64,000 nt of DNA from Botryllus schlosseri (taxonomy: Eukaryota): contig CM119373.1 in the NCBI GenBank assembly GCA_051294905.1, positions 1,986,001 to 2,050,000 of the forward strand, in the 5' to 3' direction. Below, in pieces: positions 40,745-55,310 of this stretch (positions are counted from its first letter, which is position 1; the number at the start of each line of letters is the position of its first letter). Made by a program: the position numbers and the translations under genes. Under the pieces are notes generated by a model. It worked only from the letters and a program-made list of their open reading frames with translations. It made no database searches and was not told where the DNA came from.

Positions 40745-41490
40745 TGCTAATTATAATCTAATTTGGAAAAAAGCTGTGTAGCTTTAATTCTATTCTAATC
40801 TAATTTGGAAAAATTGTATAGCTCTAATTCTAATTCTAATCTAATTTGGAAAAAGCTGTGTAGATGTAATTCTAATTCTATTGTAATCTGGAAAAAAAGC
40901 TGTGTAGATTTAATTCTAATTTTAATTTAATTTGGAAAATATGCAGAGCTCTAATTCTAATTCTAATCTAATTTGGAAAAAGCTGTGTAGATTTAATTTT
41001 AATTTCAATCTAAATTGGAAAAATTGTATAGCTCTAATTATAATTATAATCTAATTTGGAAAAAGCTGTGTAGATCTAATTCTAATTCTAATCTAATTTG
41101 GAAATAACTGTGTTGATCTAATTCTAATTCTATTCTAATCTGAAAAAAAGCTGTGTAGCTTTATTTCTAATTTGAATCTAATTTGGAAAAATTGTATAGC
41201 TCTAATTATAATTATAATCTAATTTGGAAAAAGCTGTGTAGATCTAATTCTAATTCTAATCTAATTTGGAAATAACTGTGTTGATCTAATTCTAATTATA
41301 TTCTAATCTGAAAAAAAGCTGTGTAGCTTTATTTCTAATTTGAATCTAATTTGGAAAAATTGTATAGCTCTAATTCTAATTCTAATCTAATTTGGAAAAA
41401 GCTGTGTAGATCTAATTCTAATTCTAATCTAATTTGGAAATAACTGTATAGCTCTAATTCTAATTCTAATATAATTTGTAAAAGCTTAAA
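40745..41490. repeat. AT-rich minisatellite, paralogue of 3355-4140
   Basis: Same unit. Confidence 0.9.
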
Positions 41491-44400
41491 AATTCTTAGT
41501 TGTTCAAGTAAGCGGGGTCATATAAAAGCATGAGTGGGCCTTGCAGCAAGTCAGCAGCTACGGATTTTAAATGAAGCACATTGGCCCGGAGTAAATGACC
41601 AATGACCATAGTATTCGACAAATCCCAAGATTACCTCAAAACAAACAAACAAGCGACTAAAAAGGGAGCATAAAAATACGCCAACTTCTATCGTCGTTAC
41701 TGCCACTGATTTAGCGATCCATAACTGTACTCAACAGGCAAATCATCGCATTTTTGCCAATTTCATTGTTCGCGAATAAAGTCGTTGCTAGAATATAAAC
41801 CCTATGATCCGTGATATGTTCTAATGTACTATTATGTATGTATATAATGATAGATAATAAAGTATTCAAGTGAAAATACGGACATGTGACAAAATCTTGA
41901 AATGAGTTGACTGATGGTCCGGCCTGTGAGAGATTTGAAGGTTTGCATCCGACCCGCGTCGCCTTTTCAGATTCACAATCCTGCTCTAAGCTGAATCGCC
42001 ATGACGAGATAGCATAATGGTATGATCCACGGCTGTAACACCAATTGGTTGCGGGTTCGATGCTGACCGAGGTCGACTCCAGAATTCCCAGCCAAGTGTT
42101 ACAGATTTATCTAGGGCTATGCTCCTCTTTATTCACCAGATCAGCGGTAGTGGTTTCTTAAAAAAGCCTAGAAGTGGATCGTGCTATGAGTGCTCTCAAT
42201 ATTGCAGGCCCTGAGTATCTTCTGCACAGCGATCAATGTATATTTTTATAATTGAATGCCTCTTGGCTTTGCATTCAGGACAGTTTGTTTTACATGCAAT
42301 CGAAATTTAAATCATTGGTAAAACAGAGTATATATTGCACGACATTAATATTGCACACATTGTCTATTATAATATTTGAGATTCTATATAGTTGCTGAGT
42401 GACGTAAAGACCGAGTGAGTGTCTCACTTCGATTTCCCAAAAGTGTTTATAAATACTGGCTGAGTGCCGTACAAACCCTAATACTCTCGTTATTGAGTGA
42501 TCACTAGTAAATTAGTAATCATAAAAACCGCATGAAGGTATGCTTTAAAGCTGCCAAACACTGTAGACCTGCCGTCTCCGTGGATTCAATCGGACAGATT
42601 TACAAGCCGATATCCTAATGGCGACAGCATTTTGAAAGAGGCAGAGATTGCTATTATTCCATTCATCAGAATTCTACGTTGAAATCGGCCCCGCATATTT
42701 GTTACTCAGAAGACCGAGTTACAAATATTGCCAGGGACCTAGATCGTCGGTAATTTTACAAATTTCTATTGTGTTTGAGTGTATTCGATCAAATGAAATC
42801 TAAAACATTCTATTCGACTCGAGGATCAATTCTCGATTCGGAATCGTATCTTCCGAGTTCTCAATGTCGTCCAGCCACGATTGCAATTTTATTTTACTTG
42901 AAATGATGGCGAAGCAATCGTAGCACAGTAATGTGATACTAATAGTATTTTACATATACAAATGCGCGTGTTCGTGTTCGTGTAGTTTTTGCGCTATCAC
43001 GAAGCAACTAACGATCCAGATTAAACGTTTAAATTCTAATCTTTTCCAAGTCTATATCATGGTATCATGCTCAATCTTCTAGAATGATAGATACTTTTGT
43101 ACTCAGCGCTTCTTTGGAAATTGTGTCAATCATCACACCCATCTCTGATCTGAACATATAAAGTGTCATCACCATGTTTTCATCTGCTATCACACTAATC
43201 GAATTTTTGAATTGTTCTTATGCTCTAATTTTAATTCCAATCTAATTCATGAATTGTTCTTATGCTCTAATTCTAATCTAATTTATTGTTTTCCTGAAAA
43301 TGCCTATTTGACCGCGGCATGTTGCAGCGAGTCCATCTCGCAAAGGGATATCCAGAGTCAAGCCGCAATTGCATTACTTACACCGTACAGAAATAGTAGT
43401 TGTTGTGCGACGAATAATAGCCATACTGGAACAATTGTGACGCTTATCGCCGAATCATGTTATTTGTGCCATGAAAATGAATGTTTCAATGTTCATTGAT
43501 CTTTGCCTTTGGAACTCTTTTTGGACTACTTCCAGTCACGTATCTATTCATCATATATCTATCTCGTTTGCATACGACCTCTTCAGTGTCTTTTGCTGAC
43601 GATTTTCGAAGCTCGAGTTCAATTATTTAAACTGGGCTTTTCGTACGGCACTGCATACGCAGTGAGTTCAGCTACTAACGATTCGATATTAGGGCTATCC
43701 AGACATGTTGCTAGGTGAAAGACTATCTCATCCTAAAGATTGGCTTTGGGGACGCCCTATAGCCCTAGTTTTCCAAGCGCCTCGGTGTCGAGTGCACTGT
43801 ACGTCATGGCAATATCCCTATTCATGCCAGCTGACTCTCCATCGATGGAATGCTGTTGCCTTCGTTGAAGCTATTTCCGCTATAGCGAGGAATAGTGTTG
43901 TTGAGGACAGACGAATAGGTTTATTTAATACAACAACAATAAATATTTGAAACTGAAATCAATTTTCGCATTTCAAAATGCTTTATTCGCGTTCTTCCAA
44001 ATTCATAGATCAGATCGCCCGCCGCAAAATACGACTTCGCGGGCCGCCTATTGATGACCCGGGTATAGTGCAAAACGAGCGAAGCTTGATATACAGACGT
44101 TAACCAATCTCTTTGTTATGAGACTCCACTGCGGTTTGATATGAACTGAACTTTTTGCTGTATTTATTTCTCATTCAGAATTTCATTCGATTTCCAAGTA
44201 GTTTTTCCGAATTCAGTAGCCAAATTCTAATTGTAAGTATAATCTAATTTGAAAATAACTGTGTTAATCTAATTCTAATTGTGTTCTAATTTGAAAAAAA
44301 TTGTATAGCTCTAATTATAATTCTAATCTAATTCGGAAATGCTAAAAATTTTCTAGTTGTCCTAGTCTGCCGCGTAAGTGGCGTCTTATAAAAGCTTATG

Positions 44401-45550
44401 AGTGGGCCGTGCTGCAGGTATTGTTTGTTTGTTTTGGGGTATTCATGGTGTTTGTCGACTACGATGGTCATTTACACCAGGCCGACATTCTTTTTATTTT
44501 CCGTAACTGCCGACTTATAGCACGGCTCACCTCTAGGCTTTTGTAAGACACCGCTGACGCGGATGAGGTGGCGAGGAGGAGCCTAGGTAAACCTCCAACA
44601 CTTGGGTATCGAGATTCCCGTGCTGCAGGTCAGCAGCTACGAAATTTAAATGAAGCACATTGGCCTGGTGTAAATGACCATAGTAGTCGACAAACCCCAT
44701 GAATACCTCAAATCAAACAAACAAGCGACTAGAAAGGGAGCATAGAAATACGTCAACTGATATCGTCGTTAGTGCCACTGATTTAGCGCTCCATAACTGT
44801 ACTCAACAGGCAAATCATCACAATTTTGCCAATTCCATTGTTCGCGAATAAATTCGTTGCTAGAATATAAACCCTATGATCCGTGATATGATTTAATGTA
44901 CTATTATGTATATATGATTGATAATAAAGTATTCAAGTGAAAATACGGACATGTGGCAAAACTTTGAAACGAGTTGACAGATGGTCGGGCCCGTGAGAAA
45001 TTTGAAGATTTTAATCCTGCCCGAGTAGCCATTTGAGTTTGACAACCGTTCTCTAAGCTTAATTGCGATGACGAGATAGCATAATGGTATGATCCACGGC
45101 TGCAACACCAATTGGTTGCGGGTTCGAGTCTGACCGAGGTCGCCTCCAGAATTCCCAGCCAAGTGTTAGAGGTTTATATAGGGCTAGGCTCCTCTTCATT
45201 CACCAGATCGGCGCTAGCGATTTCTTAAAAAAGGCTAGAAGTGGATTTTGCTATGAGTGCTCTCAATATTGCAGGCCCTGAGTATTTTTCTGCACAGCGA
45301 TCAATGTATATTTTTAAAGTTAGATGTCTCTTGGCTCTGCATTCAGAACAAGTCGTTTTACATGCAATCTAAATTCAAATCATTGGTAAAACGGAGTATA
45401 TATTGCACGACATTAAAAGCTGGCGATTTCGTCTATTATAACATTTGAGATCGACCGAGACCGAGTGTCTCATTTCGATTTCCCAGAAGTGTTTATGAAT
45501 ACGGGCTGGGCACCGTTTAAACCCTAATATTGTCGTTATCGAGTGATCAC

Positions 45551-46400
45551 ATATTAAAATGGCTATCCGGACCACATATTAAAATGCTCCATCTCTAGGG
45601 TATTGAAAAAATCGGATACAGGTCCAAAATATGGCCCAGAAAAATGCCCGCCATTTTTGCCCCTACCTTGGCTAGGTAACGTGTCTAGCCGTTTTGAAAA
45701 GCTTATTAAATCGGCTGTTCACCGTTGCTATTACAGCGTTAACACGCATGTAGTGTACACGACGAAACCCTTGTTACCCAACTCTCGAAAAGATGTACTT
45801 CCTGCCTTTGATGCAAGTAATGTTGTTTACCAATACAAGTACCACTGTGATAGTAGGTATGTAGGATGTACATCTCAAAGATTGTTTGAACGTATTAAGC
45901 AGCATATCCCAAAATTGTTTCGGTCAAAAACTTGCGCAAATGATCGCACGGAGCTCGCACGTCAGTGCAAATTGGCTGCAAAAACAGACTGCTATGATGA
46001 TTACCAAGTATATGTTTCGTCAATTGGTCAGCATAGGAGTGAAAACCTTGCCTGTGCACAGCACTATGATGACAATATGTTCACTGTCATTGCGCGTGGT
46101 AGGTCTGTGTTTCATTTAAAAGTGTTGGAGTCTACTATTATTCAGTTGAGCAAACCTATTTTATGATAACCTACAAATTTCTCATTAGTGCGTGTTGTTC
46201 CGTGCGTGTAATTGTTTATTTACAAATTGTGCTGCTACTATAGTACCGTATGTCCGTATAGGCCTACTTCATAGTTTGTTATTGTTGCCATTGGTACAAT
46301 GCGAATTTCATGGTTTGTGATTTTGATTGTTGCGTCATACTTTGCCTTTTTGGTTTTGATTTTAAATCTGTTTAAATCCCTTTAGTGTGCCGATAACTCT
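45551..46400 (+). mobile_element. Penelope-like retroelement 3' fragment (linker + GIY-YIG endonuclease)
   Basis: GYPDHIL...LPWLG...KD...SNVVYQYKYHCDSRYVGCTSQRLFERIKQH...SSIGQH...LKVLES.II....P.L (ORF 45603-46166). The 3' boundary is approximate. Confidence 0.8.
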
Positions 46401-47579
46401 TGAAAATATGATTTAATGTACTATTGTGTATATATGATTGATAATGGAGTATTCAAGTGGAAAGTAAGGACAGGTGGCAAAATTTTTAACCGAGTTAGCT
46501 GATAGTCCGGCCAATGACAGATTTGGAGGTTTGAATCCGACCCGCGTTGCCATTTGAGTTTGACAACCCTGCTCTAAGCTGGGTCGCCATGGCGAGATAG
46601 CATAATGGTATGATCCACGGCTGCAACACCAATTGGTTGCGGATTCGAGTCTGACCGAGGTCGACTCCAGACTTCCCAGCCAAATTTTAGCGGTGCTAGG
46701 CTCCCTTCTTGCGGTTTCTTAAAAAAAGCCTAGAAGTGGACGTGCTATGAGTATTCTCAATATTGCAGGCCCCGGGTATTTTCTGCACAGCGATAAATGC
46801 ATATTTTTAAAATCAAATGCCTCGTGGCATTGCATTCAGGAGAGTTTGTTTTACATGCAATCGAAATTCAAATCATTGGTAAAACAAAGTATATATTGCA
46901 AGACATTAAAAGCCGGTGATTTTGTCTATTATAACATTTGAGATTCTATATAGTTGCTAAGATGTAAAGACCGAGTGTCTCATTTCGATTTCCCAAAACC
47001 GTTTATGAATACTGACTGAGTGCCGTACAAACCTTAATACTGTCGTTATCGAGTGATCACTAGTAAATCATGAAAACTACATAAAGGTAAGCTTTAAAGC
47101 TGCCAAACACAGTAGACCTGCCGTCTCCGTGGATTCAGTCGGACGGATTTACATGCCGATGTATTACTGGCGACAACTTTTTGAAAGATGCAGAGATTGC
47201 TATCATCCCATTGTACAGAATTCTACGTCGAAATCGGCCCCATATATTTGTTACTCAGAAAACAGAGTTTCCAAATAATGTCAGGGAACTAGCTCATAGG
47301 TAATTTTACAAATTTCTATTGTGTTTGAGTTTATTCGATCAAATGAAATCTAGAAGCTTCTACTCGACTCGAGGATCAATTCTCGAATCGGAATCGTATC
47401 TCCTGAGCCCTCGATGTCGCTCAGCCACCATTGCAATATTATGTTACTTGAAATGATGGCAAAGCAATCGTAGCACAGTAATGTGATACAAATAGTATTT
47501 AACCATTTAATGACAGAAGTTACAATTTCATTTTCGAAGGCTAATGAAAGTAATGTTATACGATATTTTATCATTTTAG

Positions 47580-47747
47580 TTGCAAATGCTCGTTATCATG
47601 GACAATTCAATGAATGAAGATGGATATGAAATACTCGTTCACATTCTGAAGCGGTCAGATTGCAAGGAATTGCAACTCCAATATTGTTGTCTCACCAAGA
47701 CTAAGTTGCAAGGAGTATTGAACGGATGTCGGGATCAAAATATCCAG
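47580..47747 (+). CDS. LRR exon type A3 (56 aa, phase 0-0)
   Basis: Same splice sites; LQMLVIMDNSMNEDGYEILVHILKRSDCKELQLQYCCLTKTKLQGVLNGCRDQNIQ. Confidence 0.8.
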
Positions 47748-50700
47748 GTGCGTCATCATGAAAAATCAGTAATATACAAGAAGACATGTCCCTAACGATT
47801 CAAAATTGTTCGTCATCCTACATCGCCTCAAAAAGTATGCAGCATAAAATCGTTCACCGTTTATCCTGGCGTTTACCAATACTCGTCTGAGATTCGAATA
47901 CCGCAGGCGTTTCGTATTTTGCAACACAGAGAAGCTTGTACATTTTTGAAATAGTTAACGACGCGACAGGGTGGATATTATCAATATTGGAATATTCTTG
48001 ACATAAATCTAACTGGTGAGGCCGCTTTAGTGTTAGATGATGCGGTTCCATGCACCTGTTGTCGTGGCATGGAATTTGGGAATTCTAGACAAACTGTTGC
48101 AGATGGAAATGCGGACAGTAATTTGCGGCTTTGGTAAGGCGTCCCTGATCTACAGTGAAGTAATCGGCAGAAAAGGGCCAATGTTAAATTTAGGATTTCA
48201 GGCCGCAAATTGGACACAATTTCATACTTTTAAGTTGCTTATAAATTTGGGTGGAGATAGTTATGTCAATCACTGATTGTCCAATTGGGAGTTCAAGAAA
48301 TAACAGCATGCAATAAAAGTGACTAATAACAATTGGGCCACAGCATGATGCATCATTATATATAACTTGCCCCCCCCCCCCCCCCCGGTTCGAAGATACC
48401 CCTCGATCAACTCTACTGGTGAATGGGATCACATGGGCTGAGAAAGGATTCATGCTTAATAGGAAGATGTGAAACTATTAACATTAATGACGAAATTCAT
48501 TAGTGAATCTGAACAGCTTCTTGGAGGTACATAACTTCAATATCCGATTGAATAGTATATTCATACTGAAATGAACCCGAATATTTTCGGCTGACACTCG
48601 TTAGGGGTAATCGTCAGCAACTAGTAGAGAATTCAAAAGAACAGCGTATATCAACACTCGTAACACAAAATATGACGTCACCAGCAGCATTAGTGAATCT
48701 GGAAGTTTTTCGTTCCCATAACGTGACCACTCGCAATTTGGGTGCGTGTAGTAAGCGGATATGAAATAATATAGATAAGTCCGGAGCTCATCGGAAATGG
48801 ACATGGATCTCTCAATATTGGTAGTTGGCGTCCAGCTAGTTCATCGCGACTAAGCCCTGCAATGCTGCCGTAGGCTACATGATTAATCGATATGCAGCCG
48901 TGAATAGTAAAAAGGTTGGCGACCCCTTGGAAATGAATTCCAGCTAAGCTTTTCATTTAAGAGAGCTCGTTTCTCATGCACTTGAAATTCAAATAATTCA
49001 AACTTTTTTTTATAATGGTGTCGAAGCATATACACTTATACAATCTTCCAGCGATTTCAATACCAATTGACAATATATACCAGTATTTTAATAATCTGTA
49101 ATATGTATTGTGCTGCATCCGGAATATTTCGCGATCGGTATTTTTCGTTACATGTCGCTACATCTCTAATCGCAAAACCATGTAATCCATTGTAAAATGC
49201 CAACATGTAACAAGGTTTTTGTTATCGCTGGTAACGAAACGACCGGCGAACGGTCATATTATCAATATCTATTATAGGATAATAACTCATGGTATAAATC
49301 TAGCCGACTGAGTGAAGAAAATCGATTTAGTGTTTGATGCTTGACTCATATGTACTCGGGATCCAATTTCCTAGTTTTTGATCACCCCGCTGGCCACAGC
49401 GTCAATATGGGTATGCAATGTATTTTTAAGTATGTCGTATTTGACGAGGTGAAATTGTTCGATTGAAGGTTAACCGAAATAGCAGACTGAGATTCCACAA
49501 ATATCGTGACATTGTGATTTACTAGTTTTTAGCAATTTATGCGTTGCACGAATAAAAACCACATTCATAAATATTTGACTAGAACTGTCATTGTACTTGA
49601 CAGGGAGTACGCATCATTTGTCAAAATTATGAGAAATAGGCAACATAGCCGAATCTAGTTTTAAGATATCATATTGATAAGTATAGGCTTGATTATGTCA
49701 TTGCCCAAGTCAAAATAAAACAGCGTTGGATTTAACTTCACTGGTGTTACAGCGGTGGAGCGTAGCACTACGGTATTCACCCTCTTAAATCGGCGATAAA
49801 GATATGGATAAAGGGGTCAAAGATGAAACTGACTACACATTCAGGGTGCAATAGAATGCTCACTGTTGTTATAACAACTTGCGTCGATAGCGAAATACCG
49901 TGTCACGAGCTCAATTCCAATCAGTCGAAGCGGAGTTATTGCCGTCGCAAAATTTTGGATTTGAATAAAATAGTATTTACGGTGACCGATTCTTTAATCA
50001 TTTATTACAATTGTGCCCACTGTAAATACTATTTTATGCAAATCCAAATTTGTCGACATCAATCACTACGCTACGGCTGGTTTGAATGGAGCCAAATTTG
50101 GTGGACATCGTTTCTATCGACAACCTTACAATTTCATGGGTGAACAGAAAATTTTGAATTTTTTTTTAATAATTCTTATATAATAAATAAAAAAACTTTC
50201 TTCTCCTGTAGCAATGCGGCTACTGGTTGGAATTGAACCAAATTTGGTGTGTAGGCTTCAATTCGGTAATCTAACAATTTTATCAAGTAGCCAGTAGAAT
50301 TTGAAAGAAAAAGTCATTTTTGAACACCCCTACTGTACAGTGTACAGACATTTGCTATTCCCATGCGCATAAGATGAACTATGATTTGATATTAACGGGT
50401 GTGAGTATACACCATGGCACAAGAGACCTGAACGTACCTCATACTTATACCGCGGTATAAATCGAGTGCAATATTTTAATCCAAATTTTGCATGCACGTA
50501 GGATATATGACCTCGATCTCATTATGACTCAGGTTTTGTTTTCATGTACCACCCTTTTCGGCCCATTAGGTGCAAATACACACTATTTTCGCTAAAAGTG
50601 CACTCGAATAAAATATGCATGTTACGCATAAAACGCGTAGTATATTATGCCCATTAGAAATCGGTGTCTACTCTACCAGTTGTAAACCCAAATGTACGAA

Positions 50701-51907
50701 CGGGCAGTGCATTCATCGATTCGATATCTCTAAAATTCCATTGTGAGTCAACAAACCTGACTAAAATAGGAGGTCACTGCAAATTGGTCGATTGTCGCTT
50801 CATTGCGAAACATTCATTATTTTCAATGAAACATTCTTTCTTTGACGATATAATCAGTGTTTTTCCAAATCGTAACGACCGTAAAAGCATTTCAGCACTA
50901 TTACACGCGGCATTTTTCATTTCATCGCCGATATCCACTAATTGCATATTAATATGAAATTCGCTAAAATATTCATTTATGCGAATGAGAATCTAGAGTT
51001 AGTGATCATTATGCAAAGGTGAATTGCAAAATATGGTCGGAAGTTTCATCGCCCTTATTCTTGAATAGGCAACACAACTGTGAGAAGTCCATCCGTCTGA
51101 AGTATAATTATGCGGTCGTTTTCACAATAAAATATTTTAAATTGATAATAATACAAACATCAAGTCAAGTGTTTAGATGTGCAAATCTGAATTTATTAGC
51201 TATGAAAATTCTGTAACCGAAAATATATAAAAAGGAACGATATTTATCATGTTCCCAGCTATATTCGGATGAACTCTCGCAACTTTCGTATCTGATATCT
51301 TAAATTGGCTCATTAAACAAACGCTCTGTACGAATTCACATTCATATGACGATAATCAACATATGCGACTCGTAGCTTACATTGTCGTAAACTTGCTTAC
51401 CTCAACCAGCCCTCTTGTATATAATTTAAATCAAACGAATATCGTTCATACGTTTATAATTGTATATCGTTGATAAGTAGGTGGGTAGGGTATTGAACTA
51501 TATCAATTTTAAACATTCTGAGGTTTCGTATGTTGTCCTCTATTTTGGCTGATATTTAAAGACTGGCTACATCGCCATACTTGCGTAGTTGAGCAGTTCT
51601 GCGTATGCGTGAGCGATACAGCGCCTCTTCATTCCATTACTCCTCGCCACTTAATCCGCGTAAGCCGTGACTTGCGCAAAGTCTAGAAGTGGGCCGTGCT
51701 ATAAGTCGGCAGTTGACGAATAAATATGAAGAATATTGGCCTGGTGTGAATGGCCGTAGTAGTTGACAAACACCATGAATATCTCAAAACAAACAAACAA
51801 ACTATTTATTCGTTCGTCGATTCCGAATAAATGGGTACTTCATCTGTATTTAAAACAGTTAGCAAAATGTAATGACTTTGAATCATGTCCAGTACGTTGA
51901 AATTTCA

Positions 51908-52307
51908 ACTTGACTTGACTAGTGACTTGACTAGTGACTTGACTCGTGACTTGACTCGTGACTTGACTTGACTTGACTTGACTTGACTTGACTTGACTTG
52001 ACTTGACTTGACTTGACTTGACTTGACTTGACTTGACTTGACTTGACTTGACTTGACTTGACTTGACTTGACTTGACTTGACTTGACTTGACTTGACTTG
52101 ACTTGACTTGACTTGACTTGACTTGACTTGACTTGACTTGACTTGACTTGACTTGACTTGACTTGACTTGACTTGACTTGACTTGACTTGACTTGACTTG
52201 ACTTGACTTGACTTGACTTGACTTGACTTGACTTGACTTGACTTGACTTGACTTGACTTGACTTGACTTGACTTGACTTGACTTGACTTGACTTGACTTG
52301 ACTTGAC
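51908..52307. repeat. (GACTT)n microsatellite, long allele
   Basis: ~400 bp, mostly perfect. Confidence 0.95.
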
Positions 52308-53039
52308 CCGAGTCACCTTTGAAAATCAAGTGACTTGACTTGACTCGAGTCAAAATGAATTGGCAACAAAACGTTTCCATGAATCTCGACGAAGTCACAA
52401 AATCAATGTAAATACAGGCCAATGGCACACAAAGGCAGACAAACGTTTACAGGGGATCCAAATATAAATAAGTAGTGGGACAGTATTGAATGCTTACACA
52501 TCGGAATTGTATACTATATTGTTCCACATAATTCCATCGTTAATAATTCAACGGTATGAAGTGTATGCTCGAGCAGTATAGCTAACCCGTCGCTTCCACA
52601 ATTGCATGTCTTAAATTGATATTTATCGAAACTTCAAGTCAAAAATATGGATGTGCGAACCTGAATCTAGTAGCTATGAAATTCTAAATCCGATATTGAT
52701 CGAATGAACCCTGCAAGATTGATATCTGAAATCGGTTCATCAAACAAACGGTATGTGCGAATTCACAATCGTAATATCGAGAATCAACATCTGTGACTTT
52801 TCAGTGTCTTCTGATGGGAGTGCAATTCTTCAAAAAATATCACAAACCATAACGTATTCTTTATTGCAGTCTTACCATAGCGGTACCCTATATAAAAAGA
52901 TTGATGTGGCAATTATACAATTCATTTTTTATGTCGAAACAATAATACACCGTGTCGACCGGCACTGATATCTTAATGTCTAATATAATGAAAATCGAAA
53001 CCACTAAGAATAATATTGGTAAAATTTCGTCTCCACCAG

Positions 53040-53129
53040 CTTCAGAAACTGCCCATCTTCGACAGTACACTACTCCCGGGTTCTTATTATGACGTGGCGG
53101 AAATTGCAAAAGCCACCAAATGCGCCGAA
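53040..53129 (+). pseudogene. Truncated type-B LRR exon, copy of 1880
   Basis: Same sequence as 1880-1969. Confidence 0.65.
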
Positions 53130-54524
53130 GTGTGTGTACCGAACCCAATTCCAACGTCCACGTTTACGGTTTAATCTCTTGTATTCTTACCAACGCACAC
53201 TCGGGGTCAACATCCAGTTACGACTAAAAAGAGTGGTGGGATAGCGTAGTGGTGTAATCCACTGCTGCAACACCTATGGGTTACTGGTGCGAGTGCGACC
53301 AATTTCGACTCTAGAATTCCTAATTAAGTGTTGGAGGTTTAGCTAGGCTCCTCCTCGCCATCTCATACGCGTAACAGACTTGGACAACTAGATAATTCTA
53401 GTTGTCTAATTTCACTAAATTAGAGCGAAATAGCAGTAATCGAATTCTAATCTAATTTATAAAATTTTTCTATGCTCCAATTCTAATTCTAATTCTGATT
53501 CTAATCTAAATTGAGAAACGTTCTTATACTCTAATTTTAATTCTAATCTAATTCATTGTTTTCCTGAAAATGCCTATTTGACTGCGGCATGTTGCCGCGA
53601 GTCCCTCTCGTACAGGGAAGTCCAGAGCCAAGACGCCATCGCATTACTTGCACCGTACAGAAATAGTAGTTATTGTGCGACGAACAAGAGCCATACTGGC
53701 ATAGTAGCTTGTTTGTTGGGTTTCTTGAACAATTGCGAGGCTTATTGAATAAGCATGTTATATGCGCCATGATCAGAAATGTTGCAATGTTCATTGATCT
53801 TTGCCTTATGAACTCTTTTCGGACTACTTCCAGTCACACACCCATTCATCATTGATATCCATCTCGTTTGCATACGACCTCGTCAGTGTCTTTTACCGAC
53901 GATTTTCGAAACTCGACTTTAATTGATCAATCTGGGCTTTTCTTACGGCACTGCATACGCAGTGACGTCAGCTACTAACGATTCGATATTCGGGCAAGCC
54001 AGACATGTTGCTAGATGAAAGACTATCTCATCCTAAAGATTGGCTGTGGGGACACCCTAGCCCGTTTTCCAAGCGTTTCGGCGTCGCGTGCATTCTACGT
54101 CATGGCAATCTGCCTATTCATACCAGCTGACTCTCCGTCGATGGAATGCTGATGCCTCCGTTGAAGCTATTTTCGCTATAGCGAGGAATAGTGTTGTTCA
54201 GGACAGACGAATAAGTTTATTTAAAACTACAACAATAATAATTTGAAACTGAAATCATTTTCGCATTTCAAAATGCTTTATTCGCGTTCTTCCAAATTCA
54301 CAGATCAGATCGCCGGCCGCAAAATACAACCTCGCGGGCCGCCTGTTGATGACCCCTGGTATTGTGCAAAACGAGCAAAGCTTGATATACGGACGTTAAC
54401 CAATCTCTTTGTTATGAGACTCCATTGTGATTTGATATGAACTGAACTTTTTGCTGCATTTATTTCTCATTCAAATTTTCATTCGATTTCCAAGTTTTTC
54501 CGAATTCAGTAGCCAAATTATGAT

Positions 54525-55310
54525 GCTAATTATAATCTAATTTGGAAAAAAGCTGTGTAGCTTTAATTCTAATTCTAATCTAATTTGGAAAAATTGTATA
54601 GCTCTAATTCTAATTCTAATCTAATTTGGAAAAAGCTATGTAGATGTAATTCTAATTCTATTATAATCTGGAAAAAAAGCTGTGTAGATTTAATTCTAAT
54701 TTTAATTTAATTTGGAAAATATGCATAGCTCTAATTATAATTCTAATATAATTTGGAAAAAGGTGTGTAGATCTAATCTGATTCTAATCTAATTTGGAAA
54801 AAGCTGTGTAGATTTAATTCTAATTTCAATCTAATTTGGAGAAATTGTATAGCTCTAATTATAATTATAATCTAATTTGGAAAAAGCTGTGTAGATCTAA
54901 TTCTAATTCTAATCTAATTTGGAAATAACTGTGTTGATCTAATTCTAATTCTATTCTAATATGAAAAATAGCTGTGTAGCTTTATTTTTAATTTGAATCT
55001 AATTTGGAAAAATTGTATAGCTCTAATTATAATTATAATCTAATTTGGAAAAAGCTGTGTAGATCTAATTCTAATTCTAATCTAATTTGGAAATAACTGT
55101 GTTGATCTAATTCTAATTCTATTCTAATCTGAAAATAAGCTGTGTAGCTTTATTTCTAATTTGAATCTAATTTGGAAAAATTGTATAGCTCTAATTATAA
55201 TTCTAATCTAATTTGGAAAAAGCTGTGTAGATCTAATTCTAATTCTAATCTAATTTGGAAATAACTGTATAGCTCTAATTCTAATTCTAATATAATTTGT
55301 AAAAGCTTAA
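54525..55310. repeat. AT-rich minisatellite, paralogue of 3355-4140
   Basis: Same unit. Confidence 0.9.

Larger units (their letters stand above)
34137..42954 (+). repeat. Segmental duplication of 1-5603 (plus the Harbinger insertion)
   Basis: Near-identical colinear sequence and identical spurious ORFs. Confidence 0.92.
42955..51373 (+). repeat. Segmental duplication of 24871-31795 (with indels)
   Basis: Near-identical colinear sequence; lacks the 29054-30399 element and retains 2.85 kb deleted at 27787. Confidence 0.92.

Noticed and set aside
51840..52428. ORFs with (VKSSQ)n, also at 35016-35598 and 1086-1268
   Set aside because: Translations of the stop-free (AAGTC)n microsatellite; length varies between copies.
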